Source of the DNA: Minisyncoccota bacterium
Lineage (GTDB): Bacteria; Patescibacteriota; Minisyncoccia; JBAYJV01
NCBI GenBank assembly: GCA_041664925.1
Contig: JBAYJV010000001.1
Location: 125,845-189,844 of the forward strand
Length of the DNA: 64,000 nt
Direction: 5' to 3'
Positions within the stretch are counted from its first letter, which is position 1, and the number at the start of each line of letters is the position of its first letter. Made by a program: the position numbers and the translations under genes. The notes under the pieces are model-generated. The model was given only the letters and a program-made list of their open reading frames with translations, was not told where the DNA came from and searched no databases. Positions 27,168 to 38,351 of the stretch are shown in pieces.

Positions 27168-27330
27168 ATAATCCACAGTTCCAAATGTGGATAAGCTCAC
27201 GTTTCTGGTAGTAAAATTAATCCATAAGTATTCACTAGCTAAGCCTTTAAGAGGTGTTTGTTTGTAAAATTTTATATAATTTGTTAACCGCGTTAAAATT
27301 ACTTTAGATGACAATGCGTTTTTTATTAAT

Positions 27331-28017
27331 ATGAAGGTCATTATTCTAGCAGGAGGAAAAGGTACTCGCCTTCCCTTGTCTGCCAAGAACATTCCAAAGC
27401 CATTGGTAACCGTTCACGAAAAAACGATTTTAGATTATCATATTGATATTCTTAAGGGTTTCGGATTTTCGGACATACGGCTCAGTCTTGGTCATATGGC
27501 TGATAAAATCATAGATCATGTAAAAAAGCGTTATGGTAATTTTTGCGAATGGATTGTTGAGCCTGAAAAACTTGGAACGGGAGGAGCATTAAAATACGCT
27601 TCATCTGACTTAAAAAAAGATTTTTTGGCTTTTAATGTTGATGATTTTCCAGAAATGGATATGCTTGACTTTGTCGAAAGCCATATTAACCGCAACATTG
27701 AAAATACGATTGCCATTTATAAAGTTGAAAATGCACAGGATTTCGGACTGATCAAACATAGCTGTGGTTATATTGAAGAATTCTCGGAAAAACCAGAAAC
27801 TCCTGTGTCTGGGTATATTAATACTGGTTTTTACATTTTGAATCCATCAATTTTTAAAGAAATCAGCGAGTCCTCTTTCTCTATAGAAAAAGATGTTTTT
27901 CCTGTCTTAGCAAAGACCCGACGCCTCGCCTGCTACTCCAATGTTCATCACTGGTTTACCACTGGCACAGAAGAACGTCTCCTTGAAGCTCATGAATATT
28001 TAAAAAAATATTTATAA
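27331..28017 (+). CDS. sugar-phosphate nucleotidyltransferase
   Basis: MKVIILAGGKGTRL signature, 228 aa. Confidence 0.7.
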   Translation: MKVIILAGGKGTRLPLSAKNIPKPLVTVHEKTILDYHIDILKGFGFSDIRLSLGHMADKIIDHVKKRYGNFCEWIVEPEKLGTGGALKYASSDLKKDFLAFNVDDFPEMDMLDFVESHINRNIENTIAIYKVENAQDFGLIKHSCGYIEEFSEKPETPVSGYINTGFYILNPSIFKEISESSFSIEKDVFPVLAKTRRLACYSNVHHWFTTGTEERLLEAHEYLKKYL

Positions 28018-28814
28018 TGAATTATTCTCTTCAAATTGATCCGCAAAAAGTTTCAAAAGAGATTGTTTTATTTTTAAAAAGAGAGTTTTCTGGTAGAAAA
28101 AAGAAGATAGCTATCCTCGGTGTTTCTGGTGGAATTGATTCTGCTGTCACTGCTTTTTTGTGTCATAAGGCTGGGTTAAAATTATATGCCATTAACCTCC
28201 CCTATAACACACAAAGCATTGCTGATGGAAATTTGATTGCCAGTTCAATTAAGCTTCCTAAGGAACAAATCTTAACCGTTAATATAGGTAGCTCAGTTGA
28301 TAGTCAATTTGAAGAAATAGAAAAAAATACAAAACTAGATGTTATCGATAAAGGAAATATGATGGCCCGCCAAAGAATGATTGTCCAATACGCCCTTGCA
28401 AGAAAATTGGGCGGACTGGTTATTGGTACAGAAAATTTGAGCGAATACTATTTAGCATATTTTACCCTGTTTGGTGATCAAGCCTATGATATTGCTCCCA
28501 TTGCCGGTCTTTTAAAGGCTCAGGTTTATCAATTAGCTCAATATTTAAAAGTACCGGAAAAAATTATTAGCAAAGCGCCTTCAGCCGATTTATGGGAAAA
28601 TCAAACCGATGAGAAAGAGTTGGGGTTTTCTTACGTCGAAGCTGATCCTATTATTTATTTAAATAAAATAAAACTTGTCAGTCCACCTAAAATTATTACT
28701 CAATATGGATTGAAAAAATCTTTAGTTAATAAAGTTATCAAAAGAATTCACGACACTGAATTTAAAAGAGAAGACGTGCCAAAATACCATATAAAAATTA
28801 AAAGTGAAAAGTGA
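28017..28814 (+). CDS. nadE: NH3-dependent NAD+ synthetase
   Basis: PP-loop GVSGGIDSAV, ~265 aa. Confidence 0.7.
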   Translation: MNYSLQIDPQKVSKEIVLFLKREFSGRKKKIAILGVSGGIDSAVTAFLCHKAGLKLYAINLPYNTQSIADGNLIASSIKLPKEQILTVNIGSSVDSQFEEIEKNTKLDVIDKGNMMARQRMIVQYALARKLGGLVIGTENLSEYYLAYFTLFGDQAYDIAPIAGLLKAQVYQLAQYLKVPEKIISKAPSADLWENQTDEKELGFSYVEADPIIYLNKIKLVSPPKIITQYGLKKSLVNKVIKRIHDTEFKREDVPKYHIKIKSEK

Positions 28815-28821
28815 AAAATTA
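28793..28821 (+). repeat. 29-nt direct repeat, copy A (AAAAATTAAAAGTGAAAAGTGAAAAATTA), overlapping the nadE stop
   Basis: 27 of 29 nt are identical to 63969..63997. The two copies bracket about 35 kb. Confidence 0.6.
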
Positions 28822-28945
28822 CAATGCAAAATTAAAAATTTTAGATTTTAGACTGTAGTTTTGTGTTTTTCATTTCTAGTTTTTCATTCGCCGCTAAATA
28901 GGATCATTAAGTAAACATATTCTTTTTTTAGTTAAAATAATTTTC

Positions 28946-30283
28946 ATGTCAAAACAAATTTGTCTGTCTGTTATTGGATTAGGAAAGTTAGGAATTTGTG
29001 CCGCTGTCTGCCCTGCCTACAAAGGATATAAAGTTCTCGGTCTTGATATAAATAAAAGAACCGTAGATTTAGTCAATAAAGGAAAGGCTCCTGTAATCGA
29101 ACCACAGCTTCAGACGTTAATAGATAAATCTAGAAATAATTTACGCGCTACTCAAGATTTTGAAAAAATTATTAAAGAGTCTGATGTTACTTTCTTAATT
29201 GTTCCGACTCCATCAAAACCAGATGGACATTTTTCTGACAAATTTCTCAAAGATGCTTTTGTGCCTCTTGCTAAACATCTCAAAGACAAAAAAAATTATC
29301 ATCTTTTCGTAATCACATCTACCGTTTCTCCAGGCACAACCGAATCAAATCTTATCCCTTTAATAGAAAAGTATTCAGGTAAAAAACTTAATAAAGATTT
29401 TGGCATTTGCTACAACCCTGAATTTATTGCTTTGGGAAGTATAATAAAAAATAGCCTTAATCCTGATATGGTTTTGATTGGAGAATCAGATAAAAAAGCT
29501 GGAAACATTTTAGAAAAAATATATAAGACTGTTTGCGATAACAATCCATACATCGCCAGAATGTCTATTGTCTCTGCCGAAATAACAAAGATTAGTTTAA
29601 ATGCTTATGTCACAATGAAAATTAGTTTTGCCAATACGCTTGGCAATCTTTGCGACAGAATTCCCGGATCAGAAGTAGATAAAATCAGCCGAGCCCTGGG
29701 AGCCGACAAAAGAGTTTCGCCCTATTATTTAAAAGCTGGTCTTGCTTTTGGCGGACCATGTTTTCCTCGTGACGGCCGAGCTTTTGTGGCTTTTGCAAAA
29801 AAATATGCTTACGATGCAAAATTAGTTAAGGCGACTGACGCAGTCAATCGCCTTCAGATAGAATTAACTATTAAGAAAATTCAAGAAGTTTTTAAAAATT
29901 CTAAAAATAATACTGTTTCGATTTTGGGGCTTGCTTATAAGACAGATACTCCTGTTATAGAAGAATCTGCCGCAATATTTCTTATAAAAGAATTACTTAA
30001 AAAGAAGGCGAAAATTTCCGTTTACGATCCTTTGGCCATAGAAAGTACAAGAAAGGTTTTTGGAAAAAAGATTGATTACGCAAAATCAGTAAAAAGTTGT
30101 ATAAATTCTTCCTCGGTCATAATCATAACTACCCCAGAAAAAGAATTTCTTAAAATAAATAAAAATTACTTTACGAAATTAACTACTGTCATTGATTGTT
30201 GGAGAATTTTACAATATAAGCCACTCGGAAAAAATGTGATTTATGATGCCTTGGGAAAATATGAAAAAAATAGAAGAAGTTAA
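28946..30283 (+). CDS. nucleotide-sugar dehydrogenase (UDP-glucose/GDP-mannose dehydrogenase family)
   Basis: N-terminal GLGKLG Rossmann motif and catalytic GGPCFPRD motif. Confidence 0.75.
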   Translation: MSKQICLSVIGLGKLGICAAVCPAYKGYKVLGLDINKRTVDLVNKGKAPVIEPQLQTLIDKSRNNLRATQDFEKIIKESDVTFLIVPTPSKPDGHFSDKFLKDAFVPLAKHLKDKKNYHLFVITSTVSPGTTESNLIPLIEKYSGKKLNKDFGICYNPEFIALGSIIKNSLNPDMVLIGESDKKAGNILEKIYKTVCDNNPYIARMSIVSAEITKISLNAYVTMKISFANTLGNLCDRIPGSEVDKISRALGADKRVSPYYLKAGLAFGGPCFPRDGRAFVAFAKKYAYDAKLVKATDAVNRLQIELTIKKIQEVFKNSKNNTVSILGLAYKTDTPVIEESAAIFLIKELLKKKAKISVYDPLAIESTRKVFGKKIDYAKSVKSCINSSSVIIITTPEKEFLKINKNYFTKLTTVIDCWRILQYKPLGKNVIYDALGKYEKNRRS

Positions 30284-31070
30284 AAATTATTGGGATGCCA
30301 GGCCTTGCAACATTCGTCATTCTCAAAAATCAATTGGGTCAAGAGAATATTTCGATGAAGTTGAAAAAAGGAAATATTTTGTTGAACCGCACATTCCCAA
30401 ATTCGCCCAATTCAATAAATGGAAAGATAAAGAAGTGCTCGAGCTGGGTTGTGGCATTGGCACCGACTCAATTAATTTTGCTAGGTTAGGGGCCAGACTG
30501 ACTGTTGTTGAATTATCAAAAGAAAGTCTTGATCTCGCCAAGAAAAGATTCAAAGTTTTTGGCCTTGAAGTTAAATTTTACGAAGGAAATATTGAAAACT
30601 TGAGCAGTTTTTTGCCTCAAAAAAAATACGATCTAATTTATTCTTTTGGTGTCATCCACCACACGCCAAGTCCCGAGAAAGTTTTTAAAGAAATTAAAAA
30701 ATACTGCAAACCCGAAACTGAAATTAAAATCATGCTTTATTCGAAATGGTGTTGGAAGGTTTTTTGGATTATCATGGGTTATGGCAAAGGGCAATTTTGG
30801 AAAACAAAAACTTTGGTTCCCAAATATTCAGAAGCTCAGACAGGTTCGCCCGTAACTTATATTTACTCTTTTAATGAAATCCGCCACTTAATGAAAGATT
30901 TTAAAGTCGTTAAAATATCGAAAGACCACATTTTCCCATACATAATTAAAAATTATAAAAAATACCAATACAAAAAAGTTTGGTATTTTCGTTATCTCCC
31001 GCATTCTATTTTTCACTGGCTTGAAAAAAGATTAGGCTGGCACACACTGATTATCGCAAAATTAAAATGA
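30261..31070 (+). CDS. class I SAM-dependent methyltransferase
   Basis: VLELGCGIGTDS motif I. The start could also be the upstream ATG at 30243. Confidence 0.65.
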   Translation: MKKIEEVKNYWDARPCNIRHSQKSIGSREYFDEVEKRKYFVEPHIPKFAQFNKWKDKEVLELGCGIGTDSINFARLGARLTVVELSKESLDLAKKRFKVFGLEVKFYEGNIENLSSFLPQKKYDLIYSFGVIHHTPSPEKVFKEIKKYCKPETEIKIMLYSKWCWKVFWIIMGYGKGQFWKTKTLVPKYSEAQTGSPVTYIYSFNEIRHLMKDFKVVKISKDHIFPYIIKNYKKYQYKKVWYFRYLPHSIFHWLEKRLGWHTLIIAKLK

Positions 31071-32293
31071 AAATTCTCTTTATTCAACCAACTGGAGACA
31101 AAAGAGGCCACTACGGCATTTACACTAGCCATGTCTGCCAAGAATTGGCAAAGACTGGAGCTGATGTGACTCTTTTTACGAATAAGATTTATCTCGAAAA
31201 ATATTTAGATCAAAAACCATTATTTAAAATCTTTGAATACAAAAAAGGACGCTATGGCTTTGAAAAATTTGATAGAATCAAGAAGAAAATTCCGCTCTTA
31301 TATATTTACGGATATTTAAGAAATTCGTTTGTAGCTATTACGCAAGCGCTTAAATACATAAAAAGAAATGACTTTGATGTCGTTTTTGTAATGGACACCG
31401 AGTACGGCATTTTATCTTCCTTGCTTAAATTCTATTCAAAGAAAATTCCACCACTAGTATTAATGGTTCAAGCCGCCAATTTTTCTTTTTCTAAATTTGC
31501 CGGCAATCCCATTATTAAAATTTATAAAACAATTCAAAAAAGAATTTTGCAAAGTGTTATCCCAAAAAAAATTAAAGCATTTACAGTATTAGGAGAATTT
31601 CATAAAGAAAAACTTCAAAAACAGCTTGGTCTCAAAAAAGATTTTCCCATAAAAGTCATTTACGATGGCGCCGATCAGCCCAAAGAATTTCTTGGTCAAA
31701 AAGAGGCTCGCAAAAAAATAAACATAGAATATGAAAAAGATGTTTTGCTTTTCTTTGGGATGCTGCGAAAAGATAAGGGCATTGAATATCTTTTAGAAGC
31801 AATTTCTTTGTTGAAAAAAGAAGAATTTAAGCTGGTAATCGCTGGGTCATTGTTTGATTATAACGAGAACGACATTAAATCATTGGTTAAGAAATTCGGA
31901 ATAGAAGATAGGGTTATTTTAAGACTTGGATATGTTGATGACAAAGATGTGCCTCTCTATTTTTTCTCAAGCGATGTTGTTGTTTTTCCTTATCGAAAAA
32001 TCTATACAGGCGGGAGCGGTCCTCTCTTGAAAGAAGCAGCAATTTATAAAAAACCTGTCATCTCCAGCAATGTTTCTGAAATGGGTCGTCTCGTTAAAAA
32101 TTATAAAATGGGCATAATTGTTGAGCCAGAAAATGTCCACGACTTGGCAGAAAAAATAAAAGAGTTTCTAGCGCTATCAGAAAAAGAAAGAGAAGTCTTT
32201 GCAAACAATGCTGCTAAAGCAGCCAATACTTGGCAAAAAATGGGCAAAGAATATTTGGAATTTTTTGAAGAAATAATCAATGCAAAGAATTAA
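31067..32293 (+). CDS. glycosyltransferase family 4 (GT-B)
   Basis: 408 aa with a C-terminal EX7E-like region and GT1/GT4 architecture. Confidence 0.65.
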   Translation: MKILFIQPTGDKRGHYGIYTSHVCQELAKTGADVTLFTNKIYLEKYLDQKPLFKIFEYKKGRYGFEKFDRIKKKIPLLYIYGYLRNSFVAITQALKYIKRNDFDVVFVMDTEYGILSSLLKFYSKKIPPLVLMVQAANFSFSKFAGNPIIKIYKTIQKRILQSVIPKKIKAFTVLGEFHKEKLQKQLGLKKDFPIKVIYDGADQPKEFLGQKEARKKINIEYEKDVLLFFGMLRKDKGIEYLLEAISLLKKEEFKLVIAGSLFDYNENDIKSLVKKFGIEDRVILRLGYVDDKDVPLYFFSSDVVVFPYRKIYTGGSGPLLKEAAIYKKPVISSNVSEMGRLVKNYKMGIIVEPENVHDLAEKIKEFLALSEKEREVFANNAAKAANTWQKMGKEYLEFFEEIINAKN

Positions 32294-33728
32294 AAAATTT
32301 TTATTCAGCAATATTCATTTAAAACAGGTCATCTTTAAAAATACTTTTTGGATGGGCTTATCAGAAGTCATAACAAGACTTTCAAAATTCTTTTTGGTAA
32401 TTTTTATTATCAGATCTTTGGGCGCAACCGAATACGGTAAATTTTCTTTTGCAATGTCCTTCGTCTCTATCTTTGTTATATTTATTGATTTTGGGATTTC
32501 TTCAATTTTAACTAGGGAATTCGCCAAGGATCAAAAACAGGAAGAAAAATTCTCTGCTCTGCTTTCATTAAGATTGATTTTAGGCACCATAACTATTTTT
32601 TTGGTTAATGCGGGATCTCTTTTAATTACTCACGATCCGGCCATAAGAAGAGTGATTTTGGTTTTATCCTTTTATGTTTTCTTGGCAGAATTTAGTGGAA
32701 TATTCTTCTGTTTCTTCAAGGCTCGACAGAAAATGGAATATGAGGCATGGATAAAAATTATCCAGGCGTTTGTTTTGACAGGAATAGGTTTTGGAATTCT
32801 TGCCATCTTTCCATCAGTAATCGCCCTAAGTTACGCCTATGCTTTAGCAGCCCTTTTCACTTTTGTTATTACATTGATTTTCTTTTATACGAAAATTGCT
32901 CGCCTAACATTATCATATAACAAAGTCATTTGGAAAGAATTTTTATCAAGCTCTTGGCCCATTGCGCTTATTGGCGGCATTTCAACTCTTTACAACTCAA
33001 CTGATTCAGTAATGATGGGTTATTTTGGACAAATCACTCAGACTGGCTATTACAATGCAATTTTTAAAATTATTGGTATTGTTATTCTGCCAATGAATTT
33101 AATTATTCAAAGCTTTTACCCTGCTTTAAGTTCTAAAATAAAAGAGAAAGAAAAATTTCAGAATATTTGGAATACGCAGTTTCAAATCATGCTTTTTTTG
33201 GCAACTCCCTTATTGGTAGCAGGCATGGTTCTTGCGCCAAAAATTATTCTGTTTCTATATGGTAGCGAATTCCTTGCCGCAACTCTCACTTTCAGAATTC
33301 TTATTGTGGGCGCATTCCTTCTTTATCTTTATATTCCTTATCGAGAAGCATTGGTAATTTTTGATTTACAAAAAAAATTATTCAAAATCGTCTTTGCGGG
33401 AGCAATCATTGATATAATTTTGAATTATCTTTTAATCCCAAGGTACAGTCTTGACGGCGCTTCTTCTACAACTACCATTACTCATCTTTTTGTTTTTGTG
33501 AGTTTACTCGTTTTAGTGAAAAAGCATACTTACATATCATTTGACGGACGCACTAACTTAAAATTCGCAGCAACGTCATTGGCGGCAAGTTTAGTAATGG
33601 GGTGTTCCTTTGTTTATTTAAAACTTCCCATTATTCCACTGATTATCATTGGATCAATAATTTATCTCGTAATTTTTGCTGCGTTTAATGTAAAACAAAT
33701 TATTCAAAAATATGCAATTAAAAGGTAA
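32280..33728 (+). CDS. Wzx-type oligosaccharide flippase (MOP superfamily polysaccharide biosynthesis protein)
   Basis: 482 aa with about 12-14 TM helices. The N-terminal region is typical of PST-family flippases. Confidence 0.65.
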   Translation: MQRIKKFLFSNIHLKQVIFKNTFWMGLSEVITRLSKFFLVIFIIRSLGATEYGKFSFAMSFVSIFVIFIDFGISSILTREFAKDQKQEEKFSALLSLRLILGTITIFLVNAGSLLITHDPAIRRVILVLSFYVFLAEFSGIFFCFFKARQKMEYEAWIKIIQAFVLTGIGFGILAIFPSVIALSYAYALAALFTFVITLIFFYTKIARLTLSYNKVIWKEFLSSSWPIALIGGISTLYNSTDSVMMGYFGQITQTGYYNAIFKIIGIVILPMNLIIQSFYPALSSKIKEKEKFQNIWNTQFQIMLFLATPLLVAGMVLAPKIILFLYGSEFLAATLTFRILIVGAFLLYLYIPYREALVIFDLQKKLFKIVFAGAIIDIILNYLLIPRYSLDGASSTTTITHLFVFVSLLVLVKKHTYISFDGRTNLKFAATSLAASLVMGCSFVYLKLPIIPLIIIGSIIYLVIFAAFNVKQIIQKYAIKR

Positions 33729-34638
33729 AAAAGTATTGGTTACTGGCGGGGCTGGTTTTATTGGCAGCCATACTGTTGACGCACTCATAAAAGAAGGAGC
33801 GAAAGTTATGGTGGTTGACAATCTCTCTACGGGACGAAAAGAAAATTTAAACCCCAAGGCGAAGTTCTATAAACTTAATATAAAAAGTCCTAAGATAGAA
33901 GAAATCATAAAAAAAGAAAAACCAGAAATCGTTTATCACTTTGCACATTTCGTATTGGTGCCAAAATCAGTTAAAAACCCGCTTCTTGATATGGATTGTT
34001 TAATCGGCACAATTAGAATTTTAAAATCACTAACAGAGATCAAGAACTTTAAAAAATTTGTTATGGCTTCTTCTGGTTTTTTATACGGCAACACAAAACA
34101 TCGCCCAACGAAAGAAACAGAACCAATTAGCCCAATTTCTCCATATGTGGTTACCAAAAAAGCGATTGAAAATTATTTAGAATTTTATAAACAAACCTAT
34201 GGCATCCCTCGTGTAATTTTGCGTTACCCAGGTGTTTATGGACCAAGGCAAATAACTGGAGCGATGGCCGATTATATTAGAAAACTCTCAACCAATAAAC
34301 AAGCAGAAATTTGGGGAGATGGTAAAAAAACTAGAGATTATATTTTTATTGAAGATGTGGTTAGGGCAAACATTGTGGCACTTGATTTAAAAGATAATTA
34401 TTCGAACCCAGTTTTTAATGTAGGTACCGGGATAGAAACAACGCTAAACGAATTATATTTTAAGATAGCAAAAAAATTAAACAAGAAAGCCAGTCCAATT
34501 TATTATCCTGATAGAAAAGGCGAACAAGTTAGGTATAGCCTAGATGCATCAAAAATAAAGAAAGAGCTTGGTTGGAGTTATAAAATATCTCTCGAAGAAG
34601 GTCTCGAAAAAACACTAAAATATTGGAAATTAATATGA
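33712..34638 (+). CDS. NAD-dependent epimerase/dehydratase (extended SDR)
   Basis: VLVTGGAGFIGSH motif and a YxxxK-type extended SDR. Confidence 0.7.
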   Translation: MQLKGKKVLVTGGAGFIGSHTVDALIKEGAKVMVVDNLSTGRKENLNPKAKFYKLNIKSPKIEEIIKKEKPEIVYHFAHFVLVPKSVKNPLLDMDCLIGTIRILKSLTEIKNFKKFVMASSGFLYGNTKHRPTKETEPISPISPYVVTKKAIENYLEFYKQTYGIPRVILRYPGVYGPRQITGAMADYIRKLSTNKQAEIWGDGKKTRDYIFIEDVVRANIVALDLKDNYSNPVFNVGTGIETTLNELYFKIAKKLNKKASPIYYPDRKGEQVRYSLDASKIKKELGWSYKISLEEGLEKTLKYWKLI

Positions 34639-35528
34639 AAAACTCAAAGAACATCAACGAGAAAGAATGTTTTGTGTGTAGCTCTTCCAGTATTCCAAAA
34701 ATAATCGGGCAGTACAAACATTGGAAATTATATGAATGCCCCAACTGTTTTTTTCAATATTGGTGGCCCATCGAACAAGCTCTCGACCAATATTTTGAAG
34801 AAAAATACAAATCATTCGCAGATACAAAAACTAAGCCCGATTTTGGAATGAATCAAAAATTGGCTTTAAAATTTGTAAAATCAGAAGTAAAAAAACAAAT
34901 TAATCTTAATAACTTATTGGATGTTGGCTGTGGAGAAGGAGCGTTTCTCAATGGAATACGCGACTCAGGAATTTCTTCTTGGGGAGTTGACTTTAATAGT
35001 AGAGCAATTAAAAAAGCTAAAAAAATATTTGGTCTAAAAAATTTATATCCTCTTTCAATATATGATTTTGCCAAAACATCAAAGTTGCCGAAATTCGACA
35101 TTATCACTTTTTTTGAAGTACTTGAGCATATAGGAGATCCATTAAAATTTATTCGAACGATTAAAAAACTTTTAATAAATAGTGGAATAATAATTTTTAG
35201 TGTTCCAGATGCAAAAACCTACGGCTATTGGGAGAAAATAATTAATGTCCCCCCTCACCATCTTACGAGATGGACAAAAGATATTATTAGGCAGCTTCTA
35301 AATCAATATGGATTTGAGGTATTAAAGATTAAAAGCATTAACAGACCCGATTCAGAATGTTCATTTATGAATCTTTCTTTGAAAATGGGTGCAAAAAAAA
35401 ATCATTACGCATCGTTTTCTACAAAAACAAAAATGATTTGGAAATACCTTTCTTTGCCATATCGTCAAATTATTTATTTATTGAAATTAAAAAGACCGAC
35501 AATATTCGTAATCGCTCAACTAAAATAA
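34635..35528 (+). CDS. class I SAM-dependent methyltransferase with N-terminal Cys4 zinc ribbon
   Basis: CFVCSSS...CPNCFF, then LLDVGCGEGAF motif I. The ATGA overlap with the upstream gene fixes the start at 34635. Confidence 0.65.
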   Translation: MKNSKNINEKECFVCSSSSIPKIIGQYKHWKLYECPNCFFQYWWPIEQALDQYFEEKYKSFADTKTKPDFGMNQKLALKFVKSEVKKQINLNNLLDVGCGEGAFLNGIRDSGISSWGVDFNSRAIKKAKKIFGLKNLYPLSIYDFAKTSKLPKFDIITFFEVLEHIGDPLKFIRTIKKLLINSGIIIFSVPDAKTYGYWEKIINVPPHHLTRWTKDIIRQLLNQYGFEVLKIKSINRPDSECSFMNLSLKMGAKKNHYASFSTKTKMIWKYLSLPYRQIIYLLKLKRPTIFVIAQLK

Positions 35529-35530
35529 GT

Positions 35531-36439
35531 ATGCCATTGATAACCGCTATAATAACAACATTTAACAGAGCGTTGTTTTTGAAAAAAGCAGTTGAAAGTG
35601 TTCTTGCTCAAACTTTTGAAAATTTTGAGCTTTTGGTGTTAGATAACTCATCTACCGACAACACCGAAAAAATCGTCAATGGTTTTAATGATAAACGAAT
35701 CAGATACATCAGACACGAGCCGATTGGCATATCTGCTGCAAGAAATCTTGGCGTAAAAGAAGCTAAGGGAGAATTTGTTGCTTTTTTGGATGATGACGAT
35801 GAATGGCTTCCGAATAAGCTTCAAGACCAAATAAATATTTTTAATAAAGACGGTTTAGATACCGCGTTAGTTTATGGAGGCTTTGTATGGATAGGTGAAA
35901 AAAATAAAGTTATTGGAAAACATTTGCCGGCCATAAAAGGGTACATCCTAAAAGAACTTTTATCTCAGAAAGATTATTTTACCGGTTCTGCCTCCAACCC
36001 AATGATAAGAAAAAGCGTGTTTGAGGATATTGGTTATTACGATGAAAAAGTTTTAACAGGAGAAGATTGGGAACTTTATTTAAGACTAGCTCAAAAATTC
36101 AAGATTGATTTTATAAATAAATTTGTTGTTAAAATTAGCCAGCATTCAGGGTCGCGCTTGGGGGGGAAATTATTAGAAGCAGCTGAGTTAGAATTATTAG
36201 TGCTTAAAAAATATAGCGATATTTTTGAAAATGACAAAAAATTAAAAAGCCTCTATTTGCAAAAAATTGGCGGGAAATTCTGCCGTATCGATCAACCCAA
36301 AAAAGGCAGAGCCTATTTCAAAAAAGCTATTAAAACATATTCGCTAAATCTTTTGGCCTATAGCCAGTTCTTTCTGAGTTTTTTTAGTGATTCATTCTAT
36401 AGAACAATCCATAAATTTTATAAAACTATTACACACTAA
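35531..36439 (+). CDS. glycosyltransferase family 2
   Basis: ITAIITTFNRA...LVLDNSSTDNT...FLDDDD (DXD). The start was moved to the ATG following the upstream stop. Confidence 0.75.
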   Translation: MPLITAIITTFNRALFLKKAVESVLAQTFENFELLVLDNSSTDNTEKIVNGFNDKRIRYIRHEPIGISAARNLGVKEAKGEFVAFLDDDDEWLPNKLQDQINIFNKDGLDTALVYGGFVWIGEKNKVIGKHLPAIKGYILKELLSQKDYFTGSASNPMIRKSVFEDIGYYDEKVLTGEDWELYLRLAQKFKIDFINKFVVKISQHSGSRLGGKLLEAAELELLVLKKYSDIFENDKKLKSLYLQKIGGKFCRIDQPKKGRAYFKKAIKTYSLNLLAYSQFFLSFFSDSFYRTIHKFYKTITH

Positions 36440-36456
36440 TATTATTTAGATTAAAT

Positions 36457-37473
36457 ATGAAAATTCTTTATCACATACCATATACTGAAACAACTGGAGC
36501 CGAAAGATGGATTTATGAAGGATGGAAAGATGCTTGGCAAGAATTAAATCATCAGTTTTATGAATTTAAAGACGTTGATAATTTGGCAAAAAAAGTAGAC
36601 AAAATCAAGCCAGATATTTTTTGGACAGCACACAATTTAATAAATATATTAAACGAAAACCAAAAAAATCTTTTAAAAAAAATTCGTCAAGAAGGAGTTG
36701 CGGTTTTCTTTTTCGTAGATGGATCACTTAATGAAAGAGAGCTTGAAATTATAAAAAATGAAGAAATTGCTGACATTTATATCGGAGAAAGAGAGCTTGA
36801 TTCAATGGAAAAATTTATAAAATTAACTGACAGAAAATATTATCTAATCCCCAATGCCGCAGATAAAAAATATCATTTTCCTGTATCTTCGGTAAAAAAA
36901 TACGAATACGACATTGTGTACCTTGGAGCGAAACTTCCCAAGAAAAAATGGTTTTTTGATAATGTTCTCATTCCCCTAACAAAAAAGTATAAAGTGGGAA
37001 TTTTTGGTCCGTATTGGACAACGAAAGACAATTTATTGCGTGCAACTCAAAAGATATGTAAAAAAATTAAATTTAGTGCAGGGGTAAGTTTTTTGAATAG
37101 TTTTAGAATTGTTATTCCACCAGAAGAAGAAAATTTACTTTATTCATCAGCAAAAATTTCTTTGAACTTTCACGAAAGAGAACCAGACGGCAGTCAGCCA
37201 CATCACATACTAAACCAACGCACTTTCAAGATCCCTGCCTGCGGAGGGTTTCAAATTTGCGATTATGTTCCAGCGCTTCAAAAATATTTTACTGAAAATG
37301 AAATAATCACGGCCCGTTTAGATGATGCTGATTGGTTTAAAAAGATTGATTATTATCTAAATCATGAGGAAGAAAGACTAAGAATAAAGAAGGCTGGAAC
37401 AAAAAAGGCCCTCGAAGAGCACACCTATCACAATCGCGTAAAACAAGTTATTGATCTATATGAGAATATTTAA
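36457..37473 (+). CDS. glycosyltransferase, CgeB-like / GT1-type C-terminal domain
   Basis: 338 aa with a C-terminal Glyco_trans_1_2-like region. The assignment is tentative. Confidence 0.4.
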   Translation: MKILYHIPYTETTGAERWIYEGWKDAWQELNHQFYEFKDVDNLAKKVDKIKPDIFWTAHNLINILNENQKNLLKKIRQEGVAVFFFVDGSLNERELEIIKNEEIADIYIGERELDSMEKFIKLTDRKYYLIPNAADKKYHFPVSSVKKYEYDIVYLGAKLPKKKWFFDNVLIPLTKKYKVGIFGPYWTTKDNLLRATQKICKKIKFSAGVSFLNSFRIVIPPEEENLLYSSAKISLNFHEREPDGSQPHHILNQRTFKIPACGGFQICDYVPALQKYFTENEIITARLDDADWFKKIDYYLNHEEERLRIKKAGTKKALEEHTYHNRVKQVIDLYENI

Positions 37474-38335
37474 ATTCATCACCAAGGCCACGATCATTCT
37501 CAAGGCAAATCCTTTTTTAGGATATCGACATATAGTATGTAAGTGTCGAATTAAGATACCCTCGAAAAAACAATTTAGTGTAATAAAAAAAATAGGAAAG
37601 ATAAGATTTGATCTTCGATCAAGAATTTTGGATACTAGCGTTGAATATCGGAAAGAATTGTTTTTTGGTTGTTATGAATTGCCCGTAGTAAGAATACTAA
37701 TGACTGTTCTAAAAAAAGGAGATACTTTTATAGATGTTGGCGCAAATATTGGATATATAAGCGCTATAGCCATGGACCTGGTCGGTCCACAAGGACAAGT
37801 TCACGCTTTTGAGCCAGTTAAGCAATATTTTAGAGAACTTAAAAAACTAAAAATATTGAATAAGAATTATCAATTATATTTAAACAATGTTGCTGTTGGG
37901 AAAAGCGATGGTCAGCATAAAATGCATTGTACAAAACCACCGTTTCTTGGGGGAAGTACAATAGTTAATGGTTTTTTACCAAAAGAAACTCCACAAGAGA
38001 CTCAAGTTGTAAAAATAATGAGACTGGATACATATATACGAAAAAACAACATAAAAAAAATTAAGCTTATAAAAATAGATGTTGAGGGATACGAATATTC
38101 TGTTCTACAAGGTTTTGTTGATCAATTGTTTCTCCTAAAGAAAAAGCCCATAATTATTTGTGAAATATCGCCATCGGCTTATGTAAAAATTGACTACAGC
38201 TTAAAACAACTAAAAAAATATATGTCCGATCACGGTTATGTTGCTAAATCTATCTTAAATCCAAAAGTAATAATTGACATAGAAAATCTTAAAGACACCC
38301 AAGATGTCTTGTTTATGAGCAATAGTCATAATTAG
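37451..38335 (+). CDS. FkbM-family methyltransferase
   Basis: FIDVGANIGYIS motif, ~290 aa. Confidence 0.65.
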   Translation: MIYMRIFKFITKATIILKANPFLGYRHIVCKCRIKIPSKKQFSVIKKIGKIRFDLRSRILDTSVEYRKELFFGCYELPVVRILMTVLKKGDTFIDVGANIGYISAIAMDLVGPQGQVHAFEPVKQYFRELKKLKILNKNYQLYLNNVAVGKSDGQHKMHCTKPPFLGGSTIVNGFLPKETPQETQVVKIMRLDTYIRKNNIKKIKLIKIDVEGYEYSVLQGFVDQLFLLKKKPIIICEISPSAYVKIDYSLKQLKKYMSDHGYVAKSILNPKVIIDIENLKDTQDVLFMSNSHN

Positions 38336-38351
38336 ACATAGACTAATTATC